This document shows positions 56,271-58,326 of a stretch of DNA of 58,326 bases, piece by piece. This DNA is from a virus (taxonomy: Duplodnaviria > Caudoviricetes). The stretch lies in IMG/VR virus record IMGVR_UViG_3300020042_010505, positions 1 to 58,326 of that record, one strand, 5' to 3'. The translations under genes and the position numbers were made by a program. The notes under the pieces were generated by a model. That model worked only from the letters and a program-made list of their open reading frames with translations, was not told the origin of the DNA and did no database searches. Every line of letters begins with the position of its first letter. Position 1 is the first letter of the stretch.

Positions 56271-57389
56271 ATGGACATATTAGATAAGTTTTTTAAAAAA
56301 TATTCATATAAATTTGATAAAGGATATCCTGACATGAATAATGAGCAGGATGTTTTTTTGTTAGAATCACTTTTAAGTAAAGTAATAAATGAAAATTTTA
56401 AGTTACTTAAAGAAGAAGATACAGAAAATGGAATTGATATTTTAAAAAAAGAATTAAATTTAACAGATGAAGATTTTATAAAATTATCATCCGTTAGATA
56501 TAAATTATTAGTTCCAAGATCAGAAAGATATAATTACATAGAAAAAATTACTAAACTCCCCGGATTTAGTTATGATGTTAATGTTCCCGGTTCCTCTATT
56601 GGTGGACTTAAATATAATAACACTATTTTTCTTTTAAAACCTTCAGGAGCTCAAGGTAGAGCATCCTCAGGTACTGGAAATGAAGATATCATAGTAAATG
56701 AAATTAACAAATATATTGAAGAAGGTGCTATAAATATAATATTTAATGCTCCTAATAAAAATTTAACAATTAATAATGTTAAAGAAGTAATCCCTGTAGG
56801 TTATGATGTAGCTGGAGGTAAAAAAGCAGATATTATTATTAAAGCTAATAAAGATTATCCAATTTCCATTAAACAAGATAATGCTGGATTTTGGGAAAGC
56901 TCAGATACAAGATATAAAAATTTAGTGTTAACTTTATCAAAGAAAATAGCAAATGGTGATTTTGCACCTGAATTAGTATTTCAACCTTTTACCGATAAAT
57001 TAGGCAACCAAAAAGAAGGTATTAATACAATGTATAATGAAATAACTAAAACTAAAGTATCAGGAATAATTGTTACAGATCTTCCTACAAATGATGAAAA
57101 TGAAATTATTTTTGGCTCGGATAAAGCTACAATAATATATAGAAGTTACTCTCCATCTGATTTTGAGTTAAAAGAAAATACATTATATATAAAAGTTTCT
57201 AAAATTTTAGAAAATATATCCGATGTTGAAGAATTTGATCTTGAACCTGTACTTAATATTAGACATGATTCTACTAGAGCATCTACAGGAGGATTAAGAG
57301 CAACTGTCCAACCAAAAAATAAACTGTACAGTGATGATCAACTTACAGGAAATAAAATTGAATTATCATATAATGATATTATATCATAA
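56271..57389 (+). CDS. Restriction-endonuclease-like PD-(D/E)xK protein with N-terminal leader
   Basis: Start moved to ATG 56271, just after the upstream stop; GNE...KKADI...ISIKQ motif. Confidence 0.7.
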   Translation: MDILDKFFKKYSYKFDKGYPDMNNEQDVFLLESLLSKVINENFKLLKEEDTENGIDILKKELNLTDEDFIKLSSVRYKLLVPRSERYNYIEKITKLPGFSYDVNVPGSSIGGLKYNNTIFLLKPSGAQGRASSGTGNEDIIVNEINKYIEEGAINIIFNAPNKNLTINNVKEVIPVGYDVAGGKKADIIIKANKDYPISIKQDNAGFWESSDTRYKNLVLTLSKKIANGDFAPELVFQPFTDKLGNQKEGINTMYNEITKTKVSGIIVTDLPTNDENEIIFGSDKATIIYRSYSPSDFELKENTLYIKVSKILENISDVEEFDLEPVLNIRHDSTRASTGGLRATVQPKNKLYSDDQLTGNKIELSYNDIIS

Positions 57390-57397
57390 TATTTATA
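57389..57397 (+). promoter_or_regulatory. Putative late promoter motif ATATTTATA
   Basis: Fills the 11-nt gap before 57401. Confidence 0.55.
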
Positions 57398-57400
57398 ACC

Positions 57401-58030
57401 ATGGATTTAAAAAAACTCATTAAAGAAGTCTTAGAATCTCGCAAACATGATTGTGGTTGTGGGTGTGGAGATAAATGCGGAAAAGCGCCTATACTTAATG
57501 AAAATCTCCAGTCACGTATTTTGATGACTGATAGTATGAAACACCATATAGACACTAAAACACCGCTATTTGAAACAACTTTACCATATGGTTCTAAAGA
57601 ATATTTAGATTTATGGGTTGAAGCAAGATATTTGTATTCTCGTGGTGCTTTAAACGTTGAAGGTATTGATAAAGAAAAAATTACTGAAACTCATTTAGGT
57701 GAATATGGAATATTTGAAGGTCAATTAGTTCCTTTAGATATGCCTATGCTTGAAGAAGGTTTATTAGCAGAAGCTGAATATCAAGGACGTAAAGTTCAAT
57801 TAGGTAAACCATCACAAGGTGATAGTAAAAAGTTTAAAGTATATGTTAAAAACGCTAAAGGTAAAGTTGTAAAAGTTAACTTTGGATTTGGTGGCAAATC
57901 AGCTAAAGGTAAGAGAATGGTAATTAAAGTTAAAAATCCAAAACGTCGTGCTGCTTTTAGAGCAAGACACAATTGTGAAAACCCCGGACCACGTTGGAAA
58001 GCACGTTATTGGTCTTGTAAAGCTTGGTAA
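57401..58030 (+). CDS. Modular protein with leader and a basic C-terminal module
   Basis: MDLKKLIKEVLE; CGCGC; LNE; LAE then AEYQGRKV...HNC...KARYWSCKAW. Confidence 0.85.
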   Translation: MDLKKLIKEVLESRKHDCGCGCGDKCGKAPILNENLQSRILMTDSMKHHIDTKTPLFETTLPYGSKEYLDLWVEARYLYSRGALNVEGIDKEKITETHLGEYGIFEGQLVPLDMPMLEEGLLAEAEYQGRKVQLGKPSQGDSKKFKVYVKNAKGKVVKVNFGFGGKSAKGKRMVIKVKNPKRRAAFRARHNCENPGPRWKARYWSCKAW

Positions 58031-58031
58031 G

Positions 58032-58326
58032 ATAATTAAACTAATTGACATATTAAACGAAGGTTCAAAAAATCCCGCTAATATAAAAGCGTACTATGAA
58101 GCATTGTGTAAGAATGAAAAAGTAAATCCTTTACCTGTAAAATTTAGTAATGTTGGACAGGGTGGAGCAGCATTATCTTACAATGCTAAAACAATGAAAC
58201 CTCTTTATATTTCTTTTAATACGGATAGAATGAAAGACCCAGAATATGCGATTATACACGAATTGACTCATCAAATAAAGTTAGAAACCGAACAAAATGC
58301 ATATTTAGGAAGGAAAGATCAATCCC
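58032..58326 (+). CDS. HExxH metallopeptidase-like protein with leader; apparent ATA start; truncated by the window end
   Basis: (I/M)IKLIDILNE-GSKNP...AIIHELTHQ; frame is open to the window end. Confidence 0.7.
   Translation, partial: MIKLIDILNEGSKNPANIKAYYEALCKNEKVNPLPVKFSNVGQGGAALSYNAKTMKPLYISFNTDRMKDPEYAIIHELTHQIKLETEQNAYLGRKDQS

Noticed and set aside
1524-56335. All minus-strand ORFs in the track (e.g. 15153-15530, 16679-16954, 44225-44530)
   Set aside because: They are short antisense shadows of well-supported + strand genes and have no motifs or start signals.

Overview
AT-rich segment of a large contractile-tailed (myovirus-type, distantly T4-like) phage genome. Every credible gene is on the + strand. 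The host is probably in the Bacteroidota, because 13 promoters show the TTTG/TTAG/CTTG-N20-TAnnTTTn architecture of Bacteroidetes primary-sigma promoters. Layout: (1) about 0.6-11.4 kb, an early/accessory region of short cassettes headed by a repeated promoter, often with a stem-loop in the spacer, and an AAGGTT-ATG start (two DUF932-like genes, a RadA/Sms-like ATPase, a SprT-like peptidase, an esterase), plus a GC-rich structured non-coding island at about 2.75-3.0 kb. (2) 11.5-14.8 kb, a lysis cassette: several holin-like proteins, an orphan sensor-like domain and a YkuD-type endolysin candidate. (3) A triple-headed SHAEG-repeat fibre. (4) An HD hydrolase, a gp55-like sigma factor and baseplate/tail genes, including a fibre gene broken by one TAA. 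(5) GIY-YIG nuclease, primase and exonuclease. (6) 42-58 kb, the best candidate for an undescribed system: proteins that share a short N-terminal leader ending in [LIMV]-x-E, and large polyproteins made of small modules delimited by the same motif. This matches T4 gp21-type prohead-protease specificity and suggests a capsid-packaged, proteolytically released and shuffled effector array. The protease and capsid genes are not in this window. All product calls come from motif recognition by eye; no database searches were run.
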